Shown piece by piece: positions 14,139 to 27,000 of a stretch of 64,000 nt of DNA (position 1 is its first letter; each line of letters starts with the position of its first letter). The notes beneath the pieces are model-generated. The model ran no database searches. It saw nothing but the letters and a program-made list of their open reading frames with translations, and had not been told where the DNA came from. The stretch comes from Octopus sinensis. Its lineage: Eukaryota. Location: positions 75,268,001-75,332,000 of the forward strand of contig NC_042998.1 in assembly GCF_006345805.1 (NCBI RefSeq), written 5' to 3'. The position numbers and the translations under genes are program-made.

Positions 14139-14143
<5 letters not shown>

Positions 14144-14195
<52 letters not shown>

Positions 14196-14259
14196 ATCTT
14201 CTTACACATCGTTATTACTATGTTCTGCCAGACATATCCCTCTCTAATGGTTAGGTGCC

Positions 14260-14337
<78 letters not shown>

Positions 14338-14347
14338 TATATATATA

Positions 14348-14383
<36 letters not shown>

Positions 14384-14466
14384 TATACATACATATATAT
14401 TTATTTAGTTATAATCTTATATATCGTTATTACTATGTTCGTCCAGATATAACATTCTCTTATGGT

Positions 14467-14503
<37 letters not shown>

Positions 14504-14530
14504 ATATATACATCACATATCACATATCAT
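14144..14530. repeat. (TA)n tracts interleaved with a duplicated ~60-bp unit
   Basis: ATAATCTT..ATCGTTATTACTATGTTC..CCAGA..CTCT..TGGTTA at about 14193-14255 and again at about 14411-14468. Confidence 0.8.
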
Positions 14531-14840
14531 CACATACTTTATGTACTTATATAAGAGTGTATGTATATATGAGAGGTCATACTTAGTACTAACGTCGGCA
14601 ACTAAGGCGCTAACCCTACCAAACTTACATTTTAAAGATGATGGTTGATGGTTTCCGTTTGTTAGCCTGCGAAACGAAGATATAATTATATATATTTAAA
14701 TGATAAATTTCTGGAAAGTTTTATAGATTTTTTTACAGTTCCAGTGATGCATTGGATCTGTATTCTTCGAATCAGCTTTCTCCTTTCTAGTTTTGAGAAG
14801 CCGAATTTCTCAACATTGGTATTCAGCAGGTGTATCTATA

Positions 14841-14916
14841 TGTGTATGTATGTATGTATGTATGTATGTATGTATGTATGTATGTATGTATGTATGTATG
14901 TATGCATGTATGTATG

Positions 14917-14947
<31 letters not shown>

Positions 14948-14980
14948 GCATGTTTGTTTGTATGTATGTGTGTATGTATG
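14841..14980. repeat. (TATG)n microsatellite
   Basis: Direct reading. Confidence 0.95.
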
Positions 14981-15348
14981 TACCTGTCTATCTATATATC
15001 TGCCTGTCTATAGATTGTTTGAAATGGTGTACAGATTTTATATATTAAGGAAAAGGAGGTAGTCAGGATTTGGGTTAAAAGGAATCTAAATTTGTCTTCT
15101 TAGGTTTTGTGGTAGAGAATGTTTCGGAATTGGTTGGGATGTTCTTTATTTTGAATCCATATGAGTATGCACATGTGTCTGTGGCGAACCCAAGAATTTT
15201 CTTAGCTAAAGTGGATGAATACGCAACTATGCCAGATTTCTCTGAGTGAGTATCTGGAAATATGTGGAAAGAGAAGTTTCAAAAGTTTTCCATTCAGTAA
15301 ATGCCAACCGAAGGACACAAACACCGAAAGGCAATAGAAGAACATTTT

Positions 15349-15496
15349 GGTTGTGGTAAGAAGCTTGCTTCCCAACCACTTGGTTCTGGGTTCAGTCCCA
15401 CTGCTTGGAAGCTTCGCCAGGTGTTTCCTACAATACCCTCGGGCTAACTACAGCCTTGTGAGTGGATTTGTTTGACAGAAACTGAAAGAAGACCGT

Positions 15497-15532
<36 letters not shown>

Positions 15533-15870
15533 ATATGTAAGTATGTATATATATATGTATGTATTATGTATGTATGTATGTATGTATGTATGTATGTATG
15601 TATGTATGTATGTATGTATATATGTACGTATTTATGTATGTATATATTTGCGTGCCTGTATTTGTCCCCCGACCATCGCTTTACAACCGATGTTGATGTT
15701 TTCACGTCTCCGTAAAATAGCGGTTCAGCAAAAGACACTGATAGAAAAAGCTCTAGGCTTACAAAGAATAAGTCCTGGGTCAATTTTTTTTTTTTTTACT
15801 AAAGGCGGTACGTCAGCATCGCCGCAGTGAAAAGATTGAAACAAGTAAAATAATGAAAGAATAAAAGAAT
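15349..15870 (+). mobile_element. SINE family B (tRNA head, CORE-like segment, internal TA/TATG microsatellite, 3' tail)
   Basis: GTGGTAAGAAGCTTGCTTCCCAACCAC..GGGTTCAGTCCCACTGC head with A/B-box-like motifs; GCCTTGTGAGTGGATTTG..GAAACTGAAAGAAG; tail AGCGGTTCAGCAAAAGA..GGCTTACAAAGAATAAGTCCTGGG. Also seen at 45231-45548. Confidence 0.85.
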
Positions 15871-15890
15871 AAACTAAACGCATAATAATA

Positions 15891-17068
15891 TTTATATATA
15901 TAAAACTGAGAACGTGTGTCTGTCTGTCTGTTTCCCTAAAACGTGAGAACTACACAACCAATTTCATTCAAATTTTACACATGCCTTACTTAGGGTCCGG
16001 GGAGTGTCATCAGCAAAAACATTTTAACCTTTTTCCTAGGGCGAGCCCACAGCAATATCATATCTTCTCCACTACGATTCCCTAAAACTTGAGAACAACA
16101 CAACCAATTTCATTCAAATTTTACACATGCCTTACTTAGGGTCCATGTAGTTTCATGAGCAAAACAAATGTTCAACTTCTTGCCTAGAGCGAGCCCATAG
16201 CAAATCATATCTTCTCCACTATTTCAGTATTACGTGTTAAAAGTGAAACAAAAACGTTTCTCTATTTTATGTCCAATACTTTCACTTTAACAATAAAAAT
16301 AATAATGACAATTGAATTATATGTAGTAAGTAATAATTAAAATCAAACTAAAGTATAATATAATCGTAACATAACAAAAGTAAAAATAGCAATTGGCATA
16401 AAATTGCATCAATGAGTTGAACTTGAATAAGTGGTTTCACATGATTGGGAATAAATTAAAAATAAAATTAGCGTGCAGAAATGGAATAGTCCAGATGGAT
16501 AATAAAAAATTAAATTAAAGAAAAGACTATAGCCTATAAAGTATACAATGTAGAGAAAAAAGAAGATTTGAACACATGGAGGAAAGTACCTTCGAAAAGT
16601 GTCTTGGTGCGACTATGAAAGGTATCTAATTAGAGGCGGTAAATTCGCCACAATAGAAGCAAGGTTCGAGTCAACGGAGCGTGCAAGGGAGTACTCGACT
16701 CAAACTTGCAAAGTGGAAATATTTTATTTTATTTTTACCTTTATATCTGGGACGTAGGACGTCCCGGAAAAAAATTTAAAAAGGCTCCCCCTCCCAGAAG
16801 TAGAGGTAGGCTGGATTGTAGCCACACTTCTATACAAGAGGGATGACAAGATACAATTGATCGAAATTACAAGAGATGGGCTAACAATTCCAGTCTGTTA
16901 TATATTTTGAGTATTGTTATCACAAGCCATATCAAGATATAACTTTGTATTTTGTATTTTATGTGTAGATGTATATATATAGATGTACATGTAATATGTA
17001 CACACACATATACACATATATACATGCACTAGCACTATGACCCGGCAACGACGGGTCTTTAATGCTAG
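15891..17068 (+). mobile_element. Non-autonomous Helitron-like element
   Basis: 5' end T(T)TATATATATAAAACTGAG..TGTCTGTCTG. 3' hairpin GACCCG-GCAACGA-CGGGTC (17039-17057) is followed by CTAG (17065-17068). Sits between A and T. Internal ~145-bp tandem duplication at about 15932-16220. Confidence 0.8.
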
Positions 17069-17790
17069 TATGTTTATAAAAACATGAAAAATACTTATTA
17101 AAACAATAGCGTCCCCGATGAATCAAATCAAATTACCACTGGATATTATTATTATTAATAATGTCCCCAGACTGTTACTAAAATAACTGGAAAAATTCAC
17201 TTAGGCAACCAACACAGAACACACACGCAGAGACACTCTCACACATATACGCTTAAATACACACTAATCTAGAGACCTTCCAATATAATTTGAGAGATTC
17301 GATTTTCTACAACTGTGTACCATAACAACTGAGCAAAAAGAGAAATTTCTCTTTTGGCTTGTCATCAATTTCAGCCACACCAGATAAAAACTCCTCTTTC
17401 ATTCTTTCTTCATGTATTTTTCTTTTTCTTTTTCTCTCTCTAACCAATCCTCCAAAAAATTCACCACATACACATACTTACACGCACATTCATATATAAA
17501 ATGATAGGCAGACACATCTATACAAACACGTTTAGATTAAAATATAACAAGGAACATCCCAACCACTCCCAAAATAACAACTTCCCAAAATTTAACTCCA
17601 GATTTTTTAACTCCTGATCTTTTTCAAACAACATACATATAAATAAGGTATGGATTTCCTATAAATATATGATTCATGATGACTCTCTCAAAAGTGCTAA
17701 ATACATATATTTTTTATCACAAATGCTAAGTACCTCATTTTCCTCGTGGCTCGAAGGGGAACGTCCTCGATGCAATCCCTTGGCCGTTAT

Positions 17791-17825
<35 letters not shown>

Positions 17826-18071
17826 ATGTGAGGCGCATGACGCACGGGTTAGGGTGTTAATGCAAGATTATAGTTTCGCTTCCTGAACCGACAAAAGTTA
17901 GCAATCCTGTTGCAGGATTACTGGCGTTCCGTACCATAGGAGATATATACGTCATTGAATCCGGAAAACGAGTCATTTTTAGCCTATGGCTCAGGAACGA
18001 CCCTTTATTTAAATTTGTGTATGTAATATGCATATATATATCCATACATACATATATGTATATCCATATAT

Positions 18072-18072
<1 letters not shown>

Positions 18073-18118
<46 letters not shown>

Positions 18119-18152
18119 TAGATAGATAGATATAGATAGATAGATAGGTAGG

Positions 18153-18187
<35 letters not shown>

Positions 18188-18192
18188 GTAGG

Positions 18193-18282
<90 letters not shown>

Positions 18283-18303
18283 CATACATACATATATATA
18301 TAT

Positions 18304-18364
<61 letters not shown>

Positions 18365-18420
18365 CATGTATACATATATACACATATACATATATACATA
18401 TTTATATATATTATGACATT
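18073..18420. repeat. (GATA)n followed by (TA)n microsatellite
   Basis: Direct reading. Confidence 0.95.
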
Positions 18421-18849
18421 ACGTTAGGAAAAACAGCTTACTTCAATGTGTTTGGCAATAGTTAACAAGTATCTGTAGACAGATCATAGAACCGTGTCTC
18501 ATTAAATATACATAATACATTTTTGTCGTAATGCTTCAGGAAAAAGATTTAATACAACTTACACATATATCATCAATATCACCATTATTATTCTCATCAT
18601 TCTCATCATTATTATCACCATATATTTTCTACTAATGTTGAAAGTCTCTTCAAATCTTTATGGCTTTTTGATGTGTGTAGTTTATATGCAGGAATAACGT
18701 AACAAGTTTGTATACTTAATATATATGGAAATAGTGTAACATGAGACTGTCTACTTCATATATGTAGGAATAGAGTGACATAAGTCTGTCTTCTTGATAT
18801 GTACAGAATCTTTTTTTTCTGTTTATTCCTTTTTTTTATTTTAGTTTTT

Positions 18850-19330
18850 GTATGAATGGCTGTATCATCAGCACAGCTCTGTGTGTTATTAAACGTGAAA
18901 AAATGAGGTCGTTGGTATACAGTATGAAGATATTTGGAGAGACGTAACTTAGCTTTGTGATAGAAAGAATAGTTATTATCTGTGAGCAAAAGTAGATATA
19001 CAAATGTCACACACATCCACTGCGGTGGATGTGTGTGACTTTTGATATATATTGGGAACATATCAGCGAGCAACTTACCTAGAAGGTCCTAGTCTTAGAC
19101 ACACTGGTCGATCTTTCTGCTTCAAGAGCAAACTATTGTTCCTGTTGAAGTTTCTTGAAGAGTAAGTGACGAAATATAACAACTGTCTCGCAGTAAACTC
19201 CTCAATGATCACTGATAAGGGAAAGATTGACTGGATTTAATGTACGGGATACAGATTTAGAATTATTTCCATTGTCGCTAAGTAGTCGGATGTGATAGCA
19301 AGAATGCTTGTGATTAACTGCATTAGAAAG
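18850..19330 (-). mobile_element. Very degraded LINE RT remnant
   Basis: Minus strand has CADDTAI (YADD-like) near 18860 and a QFAF/RST-like segment near 19110-19140. Confidence 0.35.
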
Positions 19331-22300
19331 AAGCTGTTCTTCACATTGCGAAACACTGTTGTGTGGTGTCATGGTTTTAGAAAATTTCTCTTTGAGAGGA
19401 AAATATCGAGCTTTGGGGTGCTAGTATTGTCATAAAATAAAAACATTCTCATAGTTTTAAGTTTGATCGATTGCAGTCATGGTTGAATTCTTTACACTTG
19501 GTAAGAGCTTTGGCTGCTCAGGTTGTAAACATATTCAATATACAACAATTAAATTATCCAGTGAGTGATGAGTTGGTGGTTGCCGCGTAGGGTTGGTCTT
19601 TTTTTAAGAAGCGATAAAAGACTGAAGTTTATAGAAGACCCCAAATCACCTGAAGATTCCTTTAAAGATATATACTAACATGTACAGGCTTTTCGGGTGA
19701 GTGAATGATTGTGTTTTTATGGACAGGAACTAGTTTCAAACCCAATAAAATGTGTAGGCATTGAAGTAACTGAGAATGATAAAATTTGTGAAGATCGAAT
19801 GTGGCTTATGCTTTCTCACCTCTCAAATGAAAATAAGACATCCTGATAATGTTTTAACATGACTGTGTAAGTGGCTGGTTATTCAAATTTATTACCCGCC
19901 TTTTCAAATGAAATTACTTAGTTCTGCTACAATAAGAGACCTGCGGCGATCGAAGAAAAAGCTAGCCAAGAGATTGTGAGGCTATGTTTAACCCTAAGCA
20001 TAAAGTTAATCGTCCAAAGAAATATATTCTTATGTCGGTTACTATTAAGTTTCCGTTAAAATCAGAATACATTTTTTTTAAATCATTGTTTAAACAAATG
20101 TCACAGCTTGCAGGTATCAGCGGTAGTTCAGGACGCGCATCAATATGTGGCATTAACTATTACGGGGTTTACATTGGTCGAAAAAACTGCTATTGAGATT
20201 TCAAGTAAAGTTAGAATAGCTGTACATATGAATAAAACATATGGTTTTAACCAACTTTACATTTTGTTCTTCCATTAGAGATAAGAAAACAAATTTTACT
20301 CAGTAAGTTGAGAAACCAGCGACATGATCTGCAGCAAAACGAAAATGATTGGGAACTACAATTCATCGCCAAATATACAGCTACATATAGCTACTGCTGA
20401 ATATTCAGCCATAATTACCGAGTGATTCTTAGTATTATGAATAGAGCATTAACAAAGAAACGGCATAACTGGTTTTATGTTCAAATATGGTGGACTCCAT
20501 GGAATTTTACCTTGTTATATAGCAAGGACACCTGTTACTTTTGAAGTTTAGAACTAGGGTTACTGTAACAAGTTGCTGTTATTTTTCCTATCTTCGATAT
20601 AATCTTTCATAAAGGTACCTTAATTTCTTTACATACATTGTACAATCACTGTAATATAAAGAATTTAATTTCACAATGACACAAAGACCTCACACATAAG
20701 GTAAACCGTATTGTTTATCAGCACCTATATCATAGTGCAGCACACAAGTAAAACATTCAAAGTTGGTACAAATGACTAGCAATCCTCTTCAAGAACAGTA
20801 AATATTTCATCTAATGCTTCATATTTAGACAATATATTTCTTAATTCTGTTAATGCAAATTAAAATATCCTAAACCAAATGCAAAATATAACTAATCGTC
20901 CGATTAGTAACAAAGCACGCACGAACACGCTTCATTTTTTTAATATGTAGCTGCTTCATCCCGTCACTGTTTATCTTCTGCATATTATACAAAAGCGTCT
21001 CTTATTTAGAGCTAATTGCGCAGCAACTCTACTCTCACATAACTACTACATCCATCTGTCAACTTCTCGTCATCTGTACTATATCTGCAGAAGCACGCTT
21101 ATCACTACGGTGAAAATCTTCCGCGGACTGGTGTACAAACTTCTCCAGTATCCCTAGACTCTAGATATTTGTTTCTACAATCAACATGCAAGTGTCAATA
21201 CTGAACATTAATGTTGTAATACGATGTGCGTGGGAGAGTCTACGATTGTCTTTATCCCAATTTTCATTCTTGTCCAAAATATATAATAAAATGTATATAT
21301 ATTTGTGCATCTTTCTTAAATGCATTATAATATTAAGAGAAGTCCTTAAAAACAAGCGGGAACCAATATGTGTCACGTGCCAAACAGCAAAACTAAGATA
21401 TTGAACAGATATAGAAATGATTTTAGCTGTCTTAATGATGGCCATACCTTAAACTAGATTGATTTGTTTGTTTTGTAATCTGCGTAAGATTACTTTCGCC
21501 TATTTGTCAACAAATATAGTCATTTTACATTTAGTAATTAACTTTATTTAATTGAAAACACTTATCGGTCAATGTAAATTAGAAATTCTCAGTTATAAAT
21601 TTCAATAATTATCCTATACATATATGGAAACTTTGTTTTGTGTAGGAATTTATGAAAATAATTCGAAATGTTAAAAGTTAATAAAGAAGCGTGTTTGCTC
21701 AATTAATGAAATAATTTTCATCAGCGATATGTCAATTTAGTTTGAAAGTGAAAGAAAAAAGAAAAACTGATATCTATGCCATTTATACTATATTTGTTTA
21801 GTCATGAAAAATCAGCAGACAATATTCAGTAATATTTCGAAAATAACTATCAGTGAGAGTAAATAGAAAACAAACAGCTCTCAAAATTCACTTAAAATAA
21901 GTGAGATATTCAGACAAAAATTAATCAAATATGTAATAAACAGGACAAAATACTCTCTAGTATTTCAATTTTAAAATGTTTAATAGACACGCACGGTAAA
22001 TATAGATATATTATATATTCTACATATTATTGTGACTTTCTTTCATTACTGCAGACTTATTGAGCATCTTCTGTATTTTGGTCACTCACCTATGACATTT
22101 TAAAACATCATTGTGTAAATAGCAAATGTTTGTTTGTACCCTGATATACGAAATTTCAGCATTTGTGCGTGTGTGTGTTTGCGTCTGTGTGTGTGTGTGG
22201 GGGTTGAAGTGGGTTTGTACATATCAAATACACATATACGTCATCCACAAAATCACTCAGCACAGTTACCCATTACTGAACATATCAGTCAAACGCGTAA

Positions 22301-22660
22301 ATCCATTGATGACAATTTATATGAAACAATATATACCCTTGTCCACTTACTAGAGTTACTCATAATAATTATCAACTATAGCGTATAGTTAAAACTGCGA
22401 AAGCTCGATGTTCGTCAGCTAGCTCAAAATAACTAATAAAGGAAATGGAAATTCCATTACAAAACTTTTAATGAGTACACAATGTACGAAAAAAAGTTTC
22501 CCTTCATGTAAATGCAGATGATATAAGTAGATAACGAGTAGATTTTAGATGAGATTCTTCTCTCATCCCTAAAGTTCCTCCTTAATAAATATTTTACCTA
22601 TACTGTTCTTCTTAAAGTTAAAACTCAACTGAATTTCTTTTCTGTTAATACTCGCACAAA

Positions 22661-23224
22661 GGCGGCGAGCTGGCAGAAATGTTAGCACGCCGGGTGAAAT
22701 GTTCAGTGGTATTTCGTCTGCCGTTACGTTGTGAGTTCAAATTCCGCCGAGGTCGACTTTGCCTATCATCCTTTCGGGGTCGATAAATTAAGTACCAGTT
22801 ACGCACTGGGGTCGATGTAATCGACTTAATACTAATGTCTGTCCTTGTTTGTCCCCTCTATGTTTAGCCCCTTGTGGGTAATAAAGAAATAGGTATTTCG
22901 TTTGCCGTTACGTTCTGAGTTCAAATTCCGCCGAAGTCGACTTTGCCTTTCATCCTTTCGGGGTTGATTAAATAAGTACCAGTACTGGGGTCGATATAAT
23001 CGACTTAATCCGTTTGTCTGTCCTTGTTTGTCCTCTCTGTGTTTAGCCCCTTACGGGTAGTAAAGAAATAGGTATTTCGTCTGTCTTTACGTTCTGAGTT
23101 CAAATTCTGCCGAGGTCGACTTTGCCTTTCATCCTTTCGGGTTCGATAAAGTAAGTACCAGATGCGTCTTGGGGTCGATCAAATCGACTGTCCCCCTCTC
23201 CCAAAAATTCGAGTAGAAAAGAAT
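22661..23224 (+). mobile_element. SINE family A: full head plus three tandem core units (~180-bp period)
   Basis: GGCGGCGAGCTGGCAGAAATGTTAGCACGCCGGG head. The GGTATTTCGT..GTTCAAATTCCGCCGAGGTCGACTTTGCCTTTCATCCTTTCGGGG core occurs three times and the element ends GAGTAGAAAAGAAT. Confidence 0.9.
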
Positions 23225-25365
23225 ACGCGCACAAACCTCAATTTATCAGCCATGGCTATGACCACTGCTGCAACGCTTTGGATTATAATTGAATATGAGA
23301 TGTGTTTCATTATAGCCTCGGCAGGTACTCTTTTTCTGTGTACTTTCGTGTAATCTCTTTCTGTTTTTCGAATATTTCCTCTTAATGTAGCCATATATAT
23401 TTTAAATATATTCTATGTTATTATCTAAGTCTATCTAAATATGTGTGCGTATATTACCTGCTTTCTACATGATCGCATCGGCAGGAGGTAAATTTTCAGA
23501 AACCCATCACTTAAATGGAATTATCTGAATGTTAAATATGTCAGTTTAATCACACATCCAGCTATTTGTTTTGCTGAATTTAAGATATTGATAAACTGAA
23601 TGAACGCTTAGTCTGTCAGTTTTGTTTATTAACACGAGTTAGCTACCTGCTAAACCAACTGATCCAGAACAAATACAAAATGATGTCCTAAACGAAAATA
23701 GATTAATGTTAGTAATAATGGATATGGGAATTAACTTTGGTTTTATGGTAAACTCTATGTTTTATGAACTATGTTAAGAGCGCATCTATAAGACTAATTA
23801 TATTCTACTGATTTAATCAGATTTAAAAAACATTTTTTACTTAACACAACCAGTATTTGAATGTCCAATAGTACATATATGTAAAGACGAAAATATTTCT
23901 TTTTACACATTATTGTAGATGTTTTTTCTCGAAGTATACTATCCTGTCTATCACCAGGAATGTCGATTAATTAAATACTGAAAAAAATCCTTCTATAACA
24001 AAGTTTATTATAACTATATACGTTCACGGCTAGAAAATACCCTAAGTTACCTTTCTTTTTTATTTTGTCTGTACGAAGTATTAAGTAGGTTATTCCTTTA
24101 CTAGTACTCCGTATAACTTACAGTATTTTAAAGATCGTTCATATCTGCGGTTATACCTAGCCATTGAGAAATGTAATTGTAAAGGAAGTTAACTATTGAA
24201 AGACATAATTTCTCCTTCAAATTCTACCGTTACAGTCAGTTATCATTCTCCCAAATGTTTGAAAGTTTTGCTGAGTGCATGAATACCAGGTAGCATTTAG
24301 AGTTTCCTAACCAGCATCACTATTAAGAATACACATTTACCACATTGGGCCAGCATATCTAAGATACGGAATATAAACGTAGTTTGCTTTCTCTTTTAGA
24401 AGTATTTTAAGAAATCCTGAACGTAACTGTATCTCCAGAATTGATTGATTAGACTTAACTGATCGTATTTATAGGAGTTATTTCTGTTTCCTATGGCATG
24501 TTACATCAACCAGAAAAATTTCTTCAAGAATATGGTAATTTCAGAATGCCGGCAAAATAATTAAATAAATAAAATATATTCAGAACTTTGGTGGAATCTA
24601 TATTTTACTGCAGAAAATAATTAGTGAAATGGAGAGGAAAATAAGAGAAAATGTGCAAAAATTTAACCAAAATCAGAATAAAAGAAGAAATAAATTAACT
24701 GGAAAATGGTAAAGAAAGAAGTCAGAAATTTTAATATTGCGTAGATGACTAAGTGGAAAATAAAATCATGTCGGATAATTGGATCAATAAAAGATGGAAG
24801 AGTGAAAAAAATATAGAAATAAGGAAGTCGTGTGTATGTGTATTTGAAATAAATACAATGTCTGGAGAAATAACAGTATATGCGTAGTATTTCGTTGTGA
24901 CAAGTAATAATGATAGGAAGGCATAAATAAAGATAGAGAGAGATTACTGGGGAAAATAGATGGGTAAATAATTGAAAATACAATTGAATGCTACGATGGA
25001 AGAGAACTGACTACAGATTTAGATAAATAGTCATTTGGGCAGTAATAAAATAATGACAAATCTGAAAATAAATACACACATCTTCACAAAAATATATAAG
25101 CAGGAATATTTTTCCAGAATAATATTGCAGTAGTTATTTTCTTCCTTCGTAATCTACTGCTATACATATGTTTTTTGCACATATTTATATGCGTATAGGT
25201 CTGTGCATACGCGTATATATATATGCACATTTCTCAAATCTACTGCTGTGTCACTTTTCTTCCCAATTGCTATTAAATTAACCCACCAATTTACTTGAAA
25301 ATAGCAGCATAAAAAGTAGTAAAGTGTATATGTATATGTATTTATAAGTATGTCTTCATGATAAC

Positions 25366-25367
25366 TG

Positions 25368-25418
<51 letters not shown>
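25366..25418. repeat. (GATA)n(GA)n microsatellite
   Basis: Direct reading. Confidence 0.9.
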
Positions 25419-25422
<4 letters not shown>

Positions 25423-26404
25423 CATACACACATACATTAGAACGTTAAAACTATATATATATATATAATGAAGTTATCCTAAAAACATAAAACAATGTGG
25501 GCTAGTATTTATTTTGGTTATATAAAACGAAAACTATGTAGCATATTCATTATGAAAAACTTTCAGGAAATATCAATTTTTTTTGTTTACTACCAAATAT
25601 TTTAGGACATTATTTATAATTTAGAATAAACTAGGTAACAAAAAAGAATGTTGTTGAGGAGCAGATTCTATTCTGGGTTACTGTTTTATAGATGTTGCAC
25701 ATATGTTGTTTATGCAGGTCGAAACATTCGGCATATATTTACAATATTTAAAGTTTCTGACGTAATTTTCTATCTTAAGCAGTTGTTAGTATTCACTTGA
25801 CAACTAGGAACAATAAGGTTAACGCTTAGCTTTTCTTTTTGCATTGTTGTTAATTTGGTAAGGTATATGTGTCTCTTGATAGAGTGTTTGTTTTTGTTCA
25901 CCCTATTGGAGAAACTTAATATTACATTGAATTACTTTGAATAACTGTATCAAAGTATGTGTGGTATGTATGAATGTATGTAAATCTATATACATCGTAT
26001 CAAATATGTATTTATTTAGAAGCACTGATTGAGCAAGAGTCTGAATCTCTATGTAGTCAGTCGCTCACTATCGCAAGTTTTGGGGGCTGCAGTTAAGGAT
26101 GTGTAGCTAACCAGTTCGGAAAAAATGATAATGTATTTGAAAACGCAGAGATAGATGCTGGGAAAAAAACATCGTCTGATGGGCCAGTGATTAAACAGCC
26201 TAGCTGGTAATCAGAGCTGGCCTGTTTTCCTGGTATTAATGTGTAATCTTAATCTTAGTAACGCAGGTTTTATACATGATATCACCATGAGAAAAATAAC
26301 TTCAGATATTGTAAGTCTGGCACCTGAAGAGATTTGAGTGATTATATTCTATGTTCGTCATGTGTTAAAATATTTACCGATGTGTGTTCACATGTAGAGA
26401 TATT

Positions 26405-26988
26405 TGTAAACGAACTTCGTGTGATGTGTAAATCTTGTCTTGTACTTTCGGGGTACAAGAAAGCAATCACTCACTAGCCGTTGCTTTAACAATCCAGATT
26501 CTCTACAAGTCAGAAACAACAAGACGCAGACGTGAAATATATATAACTACTTTATTCTCTTTCTTGGTAACAATAACAATAAGTGTGTTATCTGATGTCC
26601 TTGATTCTGGGCGCGCAAGGCTGAAAGTTAATAGATTGTAATATTTACAATGTCCAGCCGCTAAACCAGAAAGGGGTCAAGATGGCGTCGAACAGGGAAG
26701 TTGAATGTGGTCGGCAACAATTTGGTTAAAGGCATTCGGCCGACTGCTGCTATCAACCGGAGAGAATATATGCGTGACCGCCGCCTTCAATCGCTGGGTC
26801 CCAAGTCGCCGCTTGCTGCTGCTAGTGGTCAAACGTTCTACGATCCCCCTGCCTTGGCCAGGGTCGTGCTTCCGGTGGTTCGCGCATGCGCGAGAGGGCC
26901 CTTCCTTTCTGTGCCTTGGCGAAGGCACCAACACGCGCGAAATACAAATGGACGGTGCGCGAGCGCGCACCGCTATAGGGTCACTACA
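26405..26988 (-). repeat. 3' LTR (584 bp)
   Basis: 26441-26988 matches 28595-29142 with 3 substitutions in 548 bp; terminal segment 26405-26440 is diverged. Confidence 0.92.
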
Positions 26989-26990
26989 GA

Positions 26991-27000
26991 CTCCCCTCCA
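26991..27000 (-). promoter_or_regulatory. Polypurine tract
   Basis: Minus strand TGGAGGGGAG, 2 nt before the TGTAG start of the 3' LTR. Confidence 0.75.

Noticed and set aside
22661-23224. CRISPR-like or satellite array
   Set aside because: The units are SINE cores, there are no unique spacers, and the context is eukaryotic
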